Source: Cognaticolwellia sp. (lineage in GTDB: Bacteria; Myxococcota_A; UBA796; CAJQPC01). From it: a stretch of 48,432 nt of DNA. The notes beneath the pieces are model-generated. The model saw only the letters and a list, made by a program, of their open reading frames with translations, was not told the origin of the DNA and did no database searches. The stretch is taken from NCBI GenBank assembly GCA_047621545.1, contig JBLHMA010000002.1, positions 1 through 48,432 of the forward strand, given 5' to 3'. How positions within the stretch are numbered: the first letter of the stretch is position 1; each line of letters begins with the position of its first letter. A program made the translations under genes and the position numbers. This document shows, piece by piece, positions 7,322 to 16,343 of the stretch.

Positions 7322-10123
7322 TTACTTGGAGACGGTGAGGGCTTCGTCGGTGAAGCGTGCCTGAGCCGCCTCGGATGCCTTCTTGTAGCCGGGTGCCGGG
7401 GAGGCGGCAGGGCGACGACCAATGTACCGGGGCTGGCGAGTCATGGGCAGCTGCTCTCGCAGCCAGTCCCCGTACACGGGCCAGACGCCCATGTTCCGAG
7501 GCTCTTCCTGAACCCAGCAGACTTCGGCGTCGGGGTAGGCATCGAACTGCGCTTGCAGCAGCGCCCCTGGGTAGGGGTAGAGCTCTTCCACCCGAACCAA
7601 GGCGACATTGTCTACACGGCGCTCACGGCGCTCCTCCAGCAGGTCGAAGTAGACCTTTCCGGAGCAGAGGACCAGGCGTTCCACCTTGCCGACCATGTCG
7701 GTCTCACCAATGACAGGCTGGAAGGCCCCATCGCTGAGCTCTTCCAGGGTCGAGGTCGCCAAGGGGTGACGCAAGCCCTTCTTGGGGGTGAAGACCACCA
7801 GAGGCTTGCGGGTCCTGCGGAGACCCTGACGGCGCAGCAGGTGGAAGAAGTTGGCCGGAGTGGTGCAGTTGGCCAAAGTCATGTTGTCCTCGGCCGCCAG
7901 CAGCATGTAGCGCTCAATGCGCGCGGAGCTGTGCTCGGGGCCCTGATGCTCAAAGCCGTGCGGCAGGAGCATCACCACGCCGGTGCAGCGGTTCCACTTC
8001 TGCTCGGTGGAGGCGATGAACTGGTCCACCACCACCTGCGCGCCATTGGCAAAGTCGCCAAACTGGGCCTCCCACAACACCAGAGAGTCGGGGTAGTCCA
8101 GGCTGTAGCCAAACTCAAAGCCCAGGACTGCAGCCTCGGAGAGCAGGGAGTCCAACACCTCAAAGCGGGCCTGTCCCTCTCGGAGATTGTCCAAGGGGAA
8201 GTAGGGCTTGCCGGTCTTGGTATCGGTGATGTTGGCGTGGCGGTGAGAGAAGGTGCCGCGGCCCGAGTCCTGGCCACTCAGGCGAATACGAATGCCCTGT
8301 GCTGCTAAGGTGGCAAATGCGGCCTGCTCGCCAACGTCCCAGTGCATGGGCCGCTCACCCTTGACCACCGCGAGGCGGTCATTCATCAAGCGCTGGATCT
8401 TGCGGTGGGCGTCCAGGCTGTCCGGCAGGGTGTTGGCCCGGGTCAGCAAGGCACGCAGCGCATCCAAATCGTAGCCGGTGTTGGGCTCTGGAGCGTCAGG
8501 CTGGCGGTACTCCTGCCAGAGCTTGCCCATCTTAGAGCTGACGTTGCCAATGTACGAGTCCTGAGCGCCGTCGACGGAGGCGTCGTTCATGCGCTTCTTG
8601 GCGTCGTTGTGGATCTGGTCGGCCTGCTTCTGGGTAATGCGACCGCGCTCCACTAGGGTGCCGGCGTAGACCTGACGGGCGGTGCTGTGGGCCTTGATGG
8701 CCTCGTACAACAGGGGCTGGGTAAAGCTGGGCTCGTCGCCCTCGTTGTGGCCGTACTTGCGGAAGCAGAGCATGTCGATGACCACGTCTTGTCTGTAGCG
8801 CTGGCGCCACTCAACCGCGACCCGGGTGACAGCTGCCACAGCCGCGGGGTCCTCGCCATTGACGTGGAAGATGGGCACGCCGAGCATGCGGGCCACGTCG
8901 GTGGCATAAGGGGTCGATCGGGCATCCTTGGGGGACGTGGTGAAGCCGATCTGGTTGTTGATGATCACATGCACCGTGCCACCGGTGCTGTAGCCCTGGA
9001 GCCCCGAGAGATTCAGGGTCTCGGCGACCACGCCCTGTCCCGCAAAGGCCGCGTCACCGTGCAGCATCAGGCCCATGCACAGCTTGTCGGCGTCCCCTCC
9101 CGGGTTCTCGTAGCGGTGGCGGTCCTGCTTCGCGCGCACCCGGCCGGAGACGACAGGGTTGACGATCTCCAGATGGCTGGGGTTAAAGGCCATGTTCAGG
9201 TGGATGCTGCCCGTCGCAGTCTTACGGTCGGTGCTGTAGCCCAGGTGGTACTTCACATCGCCGGAGCCGTTGAACTCGTCATTGGAGTCCTTGCCCTGGA
9301 ACTCTTTGACGACCATCGCCGGTGGCTTGCCGAAGATGTTGACCAAGGTGTTCAAGCGACCGCGATGTGCCATGCCCACAATGATCTCTGCCACGCCAAG
9401 CTCGGAGGCATACTCGACGAGGTTGTCGAGCAGAGGAATAAGGGTCTCTCCTCCCTCCAAAGAAAAGCGCTTTGTTCCCGGAAACTTCGTGTGCAGCATG
9501 GTCTCGAAAGCCTCGGCCTCCGAGAGTTTTCGCAGCACGCGCAGCTCGCCATCCATGTCCAAGATCGGCTCATCGTGCAGGGTCTCCAGGCGCTTTGCAA
9601 CCCAGAGCTTCTGCTCCACGATGGGGAGGTTCCGGTACTCCACACCAAAGCTGCCGCAGTAGGCCCGCTTGCAGCGCTCGATCACCTTTCGGAGGGTGCT
9701 CTGCTCAGCGATACCAAAGAGGGGCTGGGTGTTGACCGTCTTGTCGAGATCGGACTCGCTCAGGCCGTAGTAGCGCAGGGAGAGCTCGGGGTGCTCCTTC
9801 CGGCCCAGGCGTCCCAAGGGATCGATGTCCGCGACAACGTGGCCTTCCACTCGGTAGGCGTTGATCAGCTGTGCGACCTTGGCCTGCAAGGCTGCCGCTT
9901 CTGGATCCACGGCCCCAGCAGAAGGCGCGCTTCCCCCCGGAGAAAAAATCGACGGCGAGGCAAAGCTAGGCCGTGCCGTGGATCCTTGTGGGGTCCCCTG
10001 CTCCGCGAAGAGCTGGGCCCAGTCGGCAGTGACCGACTTAGGATCGGCCAGCCAAATCTGGTAGAGGCCATCGATGTAGGCGGCGTTTTCGCCAGTCAGC
10101 AAAGACTCCAAAGACACGAGCAT
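7322..10123 (-). CDS. sucA: 2-oxoglutarate dehydrogenase E1 component
   Basis: 933 aa. N-terminus [20 protein letters not shown], ThDP region [20 protein letters not shown], and a transketolase-like C-terminal half. It sits immediately upstream of sucB. Confidence 0.97.
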   Translation of the reverse strand: MLVSLESLLTGENAAYIDGLYQIWLADPKSVTADWAQLFAEQGTPQGSTARPSFASPSIFSPGGSAPSAGAVDPEAAALQAKVAQLINAYRVEGHVVADIDPLGRLGRKEHPELSLRYYGLSESDLDKTVNTQPLFGIAEQSTLRKVIERCKRAYCGSFGVEYRNLPIVEQKLWVAKRLETLHDEPILDMDGELRVLRKLSEAEAFETMLHTKFPGTKRFSLEGGETLIPLLDNLVEYASELGVAEIIVGMAHRGRLNTLVNIFGKPPAMVVKEFQGKDSNDEFNGSGDVKYHLGYSTDRKTATGSIHLNMAFNPSHLEIVNPVVSGRVRAKQDRHRYENPGGDADKLCMGLMLHGDAAFAGQGVVAETLNLSGLQGYSTGGTVHVIINNQIGFTTSPKDARSTPYATDVARMLGVPIFHVNGEDPAAVAAVTRVAVEWRQRYRQDVVIDMLCFRKYGHNEGDEPSFTQPLLYEAIKAHSTARQVYAGTLVERGRITQKQADQIHNDAKKRMNDASVDGAQDSYIGNVSSKMGKLWQEYRQPDAPEPNTGYDLDALRALLTRANTLPDSLDAHRKIQRLMNDRLAVVKGERPMHWDVGEQAAFATLAAQGIRIRLSGQDSGRGTFSHRHANITDTKTGKPYFPLDNLREGQARFEVLDSLLSEAAVLGFEFGYSLDYPDSLVLWEAQFGDFANGAQVVVDQFIASTEQKWNRCTGVVMLLPHGFEHQGPEHSSARIERYMLLAAEDNMTLANCTTPANFFHLLRRQGLRRTRKPLVVFTPKKGLRHPLATSTLEELSDGAFQPVIGETDMVGKVERLVLCSGKVYFDLLEERRERRVDNVALVRVEELYPYPGALLQAQFDAYPDAEVCWVQEEPRNMGVWPVYGDWLREQLPMTRQPRYIGRRPAASPAPGYKKASEAAQARFTDEALTVSK

Positions 10124-10220
10124 GCTCCCGAAGGTGGTGTGCAGGCTAACCCTGTCGGACGCGCGTGCACGTACCCAAGGCTGACTGTCTTATGTCACCG
10201 CGCACACCCCGGGAGTTTTC

Positions 10221-10544
10221 ATGACCGAGCTTGAGTTCCGCCGCTACGTCTCCGAAGTGCTGGAGGCTCTGTTCGAGCAGATCGATGAACTGGACCCCGA
10301 CGAGCTCGACCCCACCTTTGCGGCCGGGGTGCTCAAGGTCGTCTTTGAGAAAGGCGGAACCTTCGTGCTCTCACAGCAAGTACCGGTTCAGGAACTCTGG
10401 CTCAGCGCGAACAGCACGGCGTGGCACTTCAAGTACGTCGACCAGGTCTGGGTCGAGCGGGACACAGCCGAGCCCATGTTGCCCCTGCTCTCCAAGCTCT
10501 TTGGCGAAAAAATGGGTGAAACGGTCACACTGTCGCTGGACTGA
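10221..10544 (+). CDS. cyaY: Frataxin-like iron-sulfur cluster assembly protein CyaY
   Basis: 107 aa, colinear with E. coli CyaY as I remember it: acidic helix EF..Y....L..L.EQIDELD, GVL.V.FE.GG.F.LS.Q.P..ELWLS, WHF. Confidence 0.88.
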   Translation: MTELEFRRYVSEVLEALFEQIDELDPDELDPTFAAGVLKVVFEKGGTFVLSQQVPVQELWLSANSTAWHFKYVDQVWVERDTAEPMLPLLSKLFGEKMGETVTLSLD

Positions 10545-10634
10545 GCTTGGGCCAAGCGGGCCAAAACTAGACTGCTTGAGTCGCCCACGTTGGAAGGTCG
10601 AGCTACCGTTCTGATACCTGGATGGAGAGCTGAC

Positions 10635-11489
10635 GTGCGCAAGACCTTTGCTTTGATGCTTTGCTGCTTTGGCCTGCTCTTCTCCTCAATGGCTCTGGCC
10701 GAAGTGCCCGACGCCACTTGGGACACGCTGGTCGGGCAGTCTGTGCTGTTGACAAATCCCCAGGGCAAGGAGATCCGCGGGACCCTGTTGGATGCCCAGG
10801 GAGAGACGCTGCGCATCGAGCGCGCGGACGGTAGCGTGGTCACGGTGGGCAAGTCCGAGGTGATCACAGCGAAGAACCTGGCGGTGTACACAAGCATCTC
10901 CGGTGAGCTCAAGGAGCCCGAGCCGGCCCCTGCCGAACCCACTCCGCCCAAGGCCACCGAGGTCCCTTCGGAGGCCACGCTCGGCCGCGACACCTCTACG
11001 GAGCCAGAAGTGGAGACAGAAGTGGAGCCAGCGCCGGTCAAGACTGATTCTGCCGAGCCGCTTCCCTCCGAAGACCAACCTTTCTCCATCGGCGTCCCAG
11101 TCCCCAATCCGGAGCTGGAGATGCAAGACGCCGTGGCTGGAGAAGTGGATGGAAGGGCGGCAGCGCAGATGCAGTCTCTGACCGGCCCCACCGCTGTGAG
11201 CGCCGGAGTCGGCATCGCCGCTGGAGCCATTACTCCCCTGTGTTGCTGCGCGGCGCCCTGTGCAGCGGCTGGCCCAGTATTTTACGGCCTGCAAAAGGTT
11301 GACCTCGTCGACCCCGGCGGCACCAAGACCTACAACGACGCGTACAACAACGCCTACTCCTCCGAGCTTAAGAAGCGCCGCTGGATCTGGACCGGCGTGG
11401 GTGCCGGAGCTGGCTTGTTGGTGGGCATCGGCGTGGGCTACGCGACAATGCTGACTGTGGACAACACCAACCTTCAGCCGGTCTTCTGA
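10635..11489 (+). CDS. Secreted protein: small beta domain, acidic Pro/Glu-rich linker, and a C-terminal Cys-containing two-helix membrane module
   Basis: GTG at 10635 is preceded by GGAGAG and gives the signal peptide VRKTFALMLCCFGLLFSSMALA/EV. The C-terminal approx. 110 aa are homologous to the C-termini of the next two genes (NDAYNNAYSSELKKRRWIWTGVGAGAGLLVG). Confidence 0.75.
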   Translation: MRKTFALMLCCFGLLFSSMALAEVPDATWDTLVGQSVLLTNPQGKEIRGTLLDAQGETLRIERADGSVVTVGKSEVITAKNLAVYTSISGELKEPEPAPAEPTPPKATEVPSEATLGRDTSTEPEVETEVEPAPVKTDSAEPLPSEDQPFSIGVPVPNPELEMQDAVAGEVDGRAAAQMQSLTGPTAVSAGVGIAAGAITPLCCCAAPCAAAGPVFYGLQKVDLVDPGGTKTYNDAYNNAYSSELKKRRWIWTGVGAGAGLLVGIGVGYATMLTVDNTNLQPVF

Positions 11490-11491
11490 GC

Positions 11492-12700
11492 ATGCTCGCC
11501 TTTCTACTAAGCACCGCCATGGCTCAAGAAGCACCCTCAACAACGGCCCCAGACCAAGAAGGGCCTGCCCAGGAAGCACCGGTTCCTGAAGCGCAAGCAG
11601 ATACGCCAGCCCCCAGCCCGCCTCCACCAACAGCCGAGGTCCTGCCCATCGCAGAGGCGCCTTTTGCTTGGGAACGCACACTGACCGCCCAGCACTGTCC
11701 CGCCGGCGGCTTTGACTTGAGCAAGGATGTCGAGGCCCCCATGGACGCGGTCCTGCTGCTCAAGGACAAGGAGGGAACCGGCAGCGGCGTGCTGATCAGC
11801 CCAGATGGTGTGGTGCTCACGGCAGCCCACGTGGTCGGAAAAAAGGAACGGGTCAAGGCTCTGACCCAGAGCGGCGAAGAGCTCACCCTGGAGGTGGTGC
11901 GTACCCACCCTTTCTACGATGTGGCCGTTCTAAAGGTGGTCGACGGCCCCGAAGAGCTCCCCTGCCTACAGCTCTCGGAGGTGCGGGCCACGCTGGGAAC
12001 CAGCGCCTACGTCATGGGTTCTCCTGCAGGCGAAGAACTCAGCTTCTCCGTCAGTCGTGGCATCGTGAGCGGCCGACGTGAGATCGGCGGAAGGAGCTTC
12101 CTGCAGACCGACGCAAGCGTGAACCCCGGCAACTCGGGTGGCCCGATGGTCAACGAGCAAGGCCAGGTCATGGGCATCGTGAGCTGGAAGGTGGCAGCCA
12201 CCGAGTACGAGGGACTGAGCTTTGCGGTCCCCGCGACGCGCGCCATGGAGTTTCTTGGCATCGAGACTGCGGACCAGACCGACCTGAACGAGCCAGGAGT
12301 CCGAATCGCCCCTGGGGCTGCGATGAACGAAGGCAAGGACGGGGAGTACCAGCGCGGCTTCGAGGCCGGGCGCCTGGCGGCAAAGAGCACCCCTTGGCTG
12401 GGCCCAATGGGCGTCGGAGCGGCGGCAGGCTGCGCAGCAGGCTTTACCCTGGGTCCATGCGGCGCCCCCATACTCTGCTTGGCCCCCGGCGCCGCACTGG
12501 CGTCTGTGGATGTGCCTGAGCTACCCGCAGACGACGCAGCAAACGACAGCTATCAGCGAGGCTACCTCTCCGGCTTCCAGGTCCAGACCCGACTGCGGCG
12601 CGCGGCCTACACCACAGCAGGCGCAGCTGGCGGCCTAATCGTGGGTAGCGCAATCGCCCTGACAACAGTCGGCGTGAGCTTCGGACCCTTCGCGCAGTGA
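11492..12700 (+). CDS. Trypsin-like (S1C/HtrA-type, no PDZ) serine protease with a C-terminal two-helix membrane module
   Basis: Signal peptide MLAFLLSTAMA/QE. Catalytic motifs are VVLTAAHVV (His), YDVAVLKV (Asp) and TDASVNPGNSGGPMVN (Ser). The start lies 2 nt after the upstream stop. Confidence 0.88.
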   Translation: MLAFLLSTAMAQEAPSTTAPDQEGPAQEAPVPEAQADTPAPSPPPPTAEVLPIAEAPFAWERTLTAQHCPAGGFDLSKDVEAPMDAVLLLKDKEGTGSGVLISPDGVVLTAAHVVGKKERVKALTQSGEELTLEVVRTHPFYDVAVLKVVDGPEELPCLQLSEVRATLGTSAYVMGSPAGEELSFSVSRGIVSGRREIGGRSFLQTDASVNPGNSGGPMVNEQGQVMGIVSWKVAATEYEGLSFAVPATRAMEFLGIETADQTDLNEPGVRIAPGAAMNEGKDGEYQRGFEAGRLAAKSTPWLGPMGVGAAAGCAAGFTLGPCGAPILCLAPGAALASVDVPELPADDAANDSYQRGYLSGFQVQTRLRRAAYTTAGAAGGLIVGSAIALTTVGVSFGPFAQ

Positions 12701-13806
12701 ACCTGGGCCTGCTCCTGGCGCTCTTTCCCGCCGCAAGCGCCCAGTCAGAAGCGCGCCAATTGACAGTGCAGACCTGTACTGAGACCTCCTCCCCCAGCCA
12801 AGCCTTGGGCGCCGTACTGCGTACCCGCCATGGCAGCGCCGTGCTCATCAGCTCTGATGGGGTCGTCCTGAGCAACACCCAGTCCATCGGCCAGGACTGG
12901 TCCCGCCCCATTCAGGCCTGGGCCCCCAGCGGCACACCGCTGACCCTGAATGTCGTACGGGTGGACACCACAACCCAGAGCGTGCTGCTCAAAGTACAAG
13001 GGGAGCAGACTTGGCCTTGCCTGCCCCTGAATACGGCTGAGTTCTCCCTTGGAGAGCCTGCCTATGTCTTGGGCTTTCCAGATCTCACGGCACCGCCATC
13101 CATCAGTCTGGGTATTGTCTCCGCCAAGCGCCAAGTCGCTGGTCGACCGGTCATCCAGACGGACGCTAGCGTGAACCCCCGCAACACCGGCGGCGCCCTG
13201 GTCAACCAAGAGGGCCAAGTCTTGGGCCTGGTGAGCAGCAAGGTCTCCGGGGTCGCCTACGAAGGCCTGGCTTTTGCAGTGCCTGTCGACGAAGTGTTGA
13301 AGGGCTTGAAGCTCAGTATTGCCCCCCAGACTGACCTTACAGACCCAGGCCTCTTGCCCCAGTACAGCCCAGCGCAGGCCGGCACAAACCAGGCCACCTT
13401 GGGCGCAGAAGCCGGCGTGGCCGACGCCCGCTCTGCCTTTCAGCCGCTTCGCCCCCTGGTCCTGGGCGCCGGCGCTGGCGCCTGCTTGGGCTTCGCAGGC
13501 TGCCTGACCCCTTGCGTGGGTCCTGCCTGCATGGTGCCCACTGGAGCCTTGGCTCCAGCCGCCCTGGCTTTTGCCCAAAAGCCCAACATCGACCCGGCCG
13601 TGAACGCCGCCCTGGAGAGCACCAGCCCGGACTACCAGTTGGGCTACGAGATTGCCTACGGCCTGGAGACCCGTAAGCGTAGGGGGCTGTACACCGGCGC
13701 TGGTGCCATCGCCGGGACCTTTGTTGGGGCAACTGTGGGCACCTTGGTGTACATCGCCGTCATCGGCGTGACGCCATGGGACCGAATCGAGATTCCAAAC
13801 TTCTGA
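12697..13806 (+). CDS. Trypsin-fold pseudoprotease (catalytic triad replaced) with the same C-terminal membrane module
   Basis: The GTG start overlaps the upstream stop as GTGA. It aligns with 11492..12700, but the motifs read VVLSNTQSI (His to Gln), TQSVLLKV (Asp to Gln) and TDASVNPRNTGGALVN (Ser to Thr). Confidence 0.85.
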   Translation: MNLGLLLALFPAASAQSEARQLTVQTCTETSSPSQALGAVLRTRHGSAVLISSDGVVLSNTQSIGQDWSRPIQAWAPSGTPLTLNVVRVDTTTQSVLLKVQGEQTWPCLPLNTAEFSLGEPAYVLGFPDLTAPPSISLGIVSAKRQVAGRPVIQTDASVNPRNTGGALVNQEGQVLGLVSSKVSGVAYEGLAFAVPVDEVLKGLKLSIAPQTDLTDPGLLPQYSPAQAGTNQATLGAEAGVADARSAFQPLRPLVLGAGAGACLGFAGCLTPCVGPACMVPTGALAPAALAFAQKPNIDPAVNAALESTSPDYQLGYEIAYGLETRKRRGLYTGAGAIAGTFVGATVGTLVYIAVIGVTPWDRIEIPNF

Positions 13807-13979
13807 GCAGGCATCAAGGGGTCAACGCAGTCTTGCGTTCAACCCTTACACCCTCGATCAGGCAGACTGACCACATGCGAGGCTTGCGCTCGCACGCCTC
13901 CGCTGCGTTCTTCGCCCTTGAAATGCTTGCGTATTCCTTCGTTCTAACGCCTTGCGGAGTCGCACTCCGCTGGCGCCTC

Positions 13980-14822
13980 TCACGGATCATCTTGCCTGAC
14001 CGAGGGTGTAATGCTCGCTTCGAGATGTTTCCGGAGAGCCGCGATGTGCGCTGGTCCCGTGCCGCAACATCCGCCGATGACCTGCGCGCCCAGGTCCCTC
14101 CAAGACGTTGCATGCTCGGCGTAGCGCTCCGGCCCCCTCGGATCTCCCCAACCCAGACCATCCTCTGGCTTGCCAGCGTTGGCGTAGATCCCCCAAGGCA
14201 ACCCCGTCTCCGCCAGCGCTCGGGCATAGGGCAACGCATAGGCAGCCGGTAGGCAGTTCACCAGCACCACCTCGGCCCCAGCATCCCCCAGCGACCTAGC
14301 CCCGTCGGCAAGCTGGCACGGAGACATCAGACTGTTGTCATAGCCGGGAGTCAGGGCCGACCAAACCTGGGAGATGCAGGATCTTGCCGCGGTGGTCGCA
14401 GCCAAGGCTTCGGAGAGGTGGGGATGGGTCTCAACCAAGAGCAGGTCCACGCCCTCTTCCACAAGTGCCTGGGCCAGCGCAAGGTGCTCGGGCCCAGGAT
14501 TTAGAGGTGAGAGGTCCGGGCGGTAGCAGTCCTGCAGAGGCGCCATGCTGCCCGCCACACGGCCGCCGCCAACCTGGGCCAGCTCCACAGCGACCTGCAC
14601 CAACGCTCGCCAACTTGGACCTGCATTCCGCTCGTGGCATCGAAAGGTGTTGGCCGTGTGAACCTGTGCCCCTGCGGCACAATAGGCCTGGTGCAGATCC
14701 ACCACCGCCTGGGGCCGGTGCTTCAAGGCCCAAGCGCTCCAAAGAGGCGCAGGCGCTGGCACCCCTTGGGCGATGAGTTGGGTTCCGATTGGGCCGTCTA
14801 ACAGGAGCATCCTTAGCAACAT
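13980..14822 (-). CDS. Homocysteine S-methyltransferase family protein (MmuM-like)
   Basis: MLLLDGPIGTQL N-terminus, a VNC Cys, and the C-terminal GGCCGTGPAHI zinc-site motif. Start chosen at an internal ATG (MLLRMLLLDG); 14810 is an alternative. Confidence 0.85.
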   Translation of the reverse strand: MLLRMLLLDGPIGTQLIAQGVPAPAPLWSAWALKHRPQAVVDLHQAYCAAGAQVHTANTFRCHERNAGPSWRALVQVAVELAQVGGGRVAGSMAPLQDCYRPDLSPLNPGPEHLALAQALVEEGVDLLLVETHPHLSEALAATTAARSCISQVWSALTPGYDNSLMSPCQLADGARSLGDAGAEVVLVNCLPAAYALPYARALAETGLPWGIYANAGKPEDGLGWGDPRGPERYAEHATSWRDLGAQVIGGCCGTGPAHIAALRKHLEASITPSVRQDDP

Positions 14823-14865
14823 AACCCTCTGGTGTTTGGGCAGTGGGGGGGCTGATGCGGGTATT

Positions 14866-15470
14866 CTATGCGCCAGGCAAGGGCTCAAAGATCCCGATCC
14901 CTTCCGTCTTCCCCTTCACCACGACCACGTCCACTTTGCGGCTCTCGATCTGCCCAGTCAAGAGTTCGTCGGTGCGCTCGCCAATCAGGACTCGGGTGCC
15001 GTACTTCTTGTTGATGGCCTCGATTCGGGCTGCGGTGGTCCTCTTGTGGAATATGGGTTCCCCAGGCCATGTAGAAGCCGGCGCCCATTTCGGAGATCAA
15101 GGCACCCTCCTCCGCCTGCACGCAGCGGTTGATCATCTCCGTGGGAGAAGCTGCGCAGACCGGTGCGCATGTGCTCAAAACTGTCGGCCAGCTGGCCGGC
15201 CTCTCGTATGGTAGCGGGCGGCATAGGTTCCAGATCCTTACCCACCTCGGCCATGTCTTTTAGGCGCCGGGTGACCCGCAGGAAGGGGCGTGCGATGCCG
15301 CTGGCCAGCCAAAAAGACAAGCACATCGCGAACAGGAGCACGATGCCACCCAGAAGTTCAGTGCGCCGCATGATGGCTTGGTCCGGACCGTTGAGCTTCG
15401 ACTCCGGAACCTCGATTGCAATGCGCCACTGGCCCCCCAGTGGTGTCAGCCGATGACGCACTCTCCCTCT
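14866..15470 (-). pseudogene. Decayed remnant of a membrane-bound HAMP plus class III adenylate/guanylate cyclase gene
   Basis: My three-frame reading shows a TM helix plus HAMP (LLGGIVLLFAMCLSFWLASGIARPFLRVTRRLKDMA...QLADSFEHMRTGL). A second frame gives PTEMINRCVQAEEGALISEMGAGFYMAWG. A third frame gives AARIEAINKKYGTRVLIGERTDELLTGQIESRKVDVVVVKGKTEGIGIFEPL, ending at the stop at 14866-14868. There are two frameshifts, and the conserved FSDI-type block and the central catalytic block are missing. The N-terminal sensor region is truncated by the thioesterase gene. Confidence 0.7.
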
Positions 15471-15545
15471 CGAGGAGCAGGGGGTGCCTTTGCGGGGCTC
15501 CCTTGAGCCACCGGTTAGAGAGCCCTTCTCAAGCGAGGCCAAGCT

Positions 15546-16343
15546 GTGTCTGACTTTCAGAGCGCCCTGAACTGGGCTCCCATCGGTGAGAACATATGGA
15601 GCGGAGGGATCGACGACACCTGGCGTCAGGGACGGGCTGCCTACGGCGGTTTGCTGGCTGCCCATGCCCTAAAAGCGATGCAGGCCATCGTGGCCCAAGC
15701 CCGGCCTGCCCGTTCACTGCAGGTCGTCTTTGTCGCCCCTCCGAAAGAAGGCGTCCTAAAAGTGCAGAGCACCCCGCTGCGCGAGGGACGCAACGTGAGC
15801 CTGGCCCAAGCGCGTATCACCCAGGGGGAGCACCTCATCTTGAGCGCCACTGCTGCCTTTGGCGCCGACCGCCTCTCGGACATCCAGGTCGAGCCCAAGC
15901 CCGCGCCCAGCTTCAAAGCGCCTGATGCGTGTATGCCCCTGCCTTTCCTACCGGGCATGACCCCCAACTTCACCCAGCACCTCGACTACCGCTGGGTCGA
16001 AGGTGGCTTTCCCTACAGCGGTCATTCTACGCCGGGTATCACTGGCTACTGCCGACACAAGACCCGGGTCGACGATCCAGCCCTAGCTCTGGTCGGCCTG
16101 GCTGATGCCTGGCCAGCCCCCATCCTGCCCTTGGCCAAGGGACCGGCGCCGGCCAGCTCGGTGACCTGGAACCTGCAACTCCTGCAGCTGCCCCAAGTGC
16201 CCCAAGCCGCTTGGTGGACGATGATCTACGACGCCGACCAAGCCCAGGCCGGCATGAGCACCGTCACCGGGCGGCTCTACGCCCCCGACGGCTCCCTTGC
16301 AGCGATCTCAACCCAGCTCACGGTGGTGTTTGACAAGCGCTAA
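15546..16343 (+). CDS. Acyl-CoA thioesterase (TesB-like double hotdog family)
   Basis: 265 aa with a GTG start. The W..GRAAYGGLLAAHALKAM motif and the protein size are typical of thioesterase II-like proteins. Confidence 0.75.
   Translation: MSDFQSALNWAPIGENIWSGGIDDTWRQGRAAYGGLLAAHALKAMQAIVAQARPARSLQVVFVAPPKEGVLKVQSTPLREGRNVSLAQARITQGEHLILSATAAFGADRLSDIQVEPKPAPSFKAPDACMPLPFLPGMTPNFTQHLDYRWVEGGFPYSGHSTPGITGYCRHKTRVDDPALALVGLADAWPAPILPLAKGPAPASSVTWNLQLLQLPQVPQAAWWTMIYDADQAQAGMSTVTGRLYAPDGSLAAISTQLTVVFDKR

Noticed and set aside
7255-7422. N-terminal 56-codon extension of the sucB ORF.
   Set aside because: The extension is Arg/Pro/Ser-rich and overlaps the 3' end of sucA. The conserved lipoyl domain begins right at the internal ATG (MATELQIPQ).
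8687-10234. 515-aa plus-strand ORF antisense to sucA. Similar long antisense or off-frame ORFs occur at 4163..5398, 6154..7278, 10686..11681, 12745..13578, 18231..19130, 19834..20973, 24829..25824, 42088..43122 and 43728..44741.
   Set aside because: These are shadow ORFs typical of high-GC DNA. Each lies opposite to, or out of frame with, a gene that has clear family motifs. Their products are Arg/Gly/Pro/His-rich, low-complexity and motif-free.
13807-13979. Terminator hairpins between the convergent pseudoprotease and methyltransferase genes (aacgca-gtct-tgcgtt; gcggagt-cgc-actccgc at about 13953-13969).
   Set aside because: The stems are short (6-7 bp) and lack T-tracts on either strand, which is too weak to annotate as terminators.
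14985-15665. 226-aa ORF as an intact small HAMP protein.
   Set aside because: Its 5' third overlaps the thioesterase gene on the other strand and has no convincing start. Its 3' end reads out of frame through cyclase-homologous sequence. It is better explained as part of the pseudogene.
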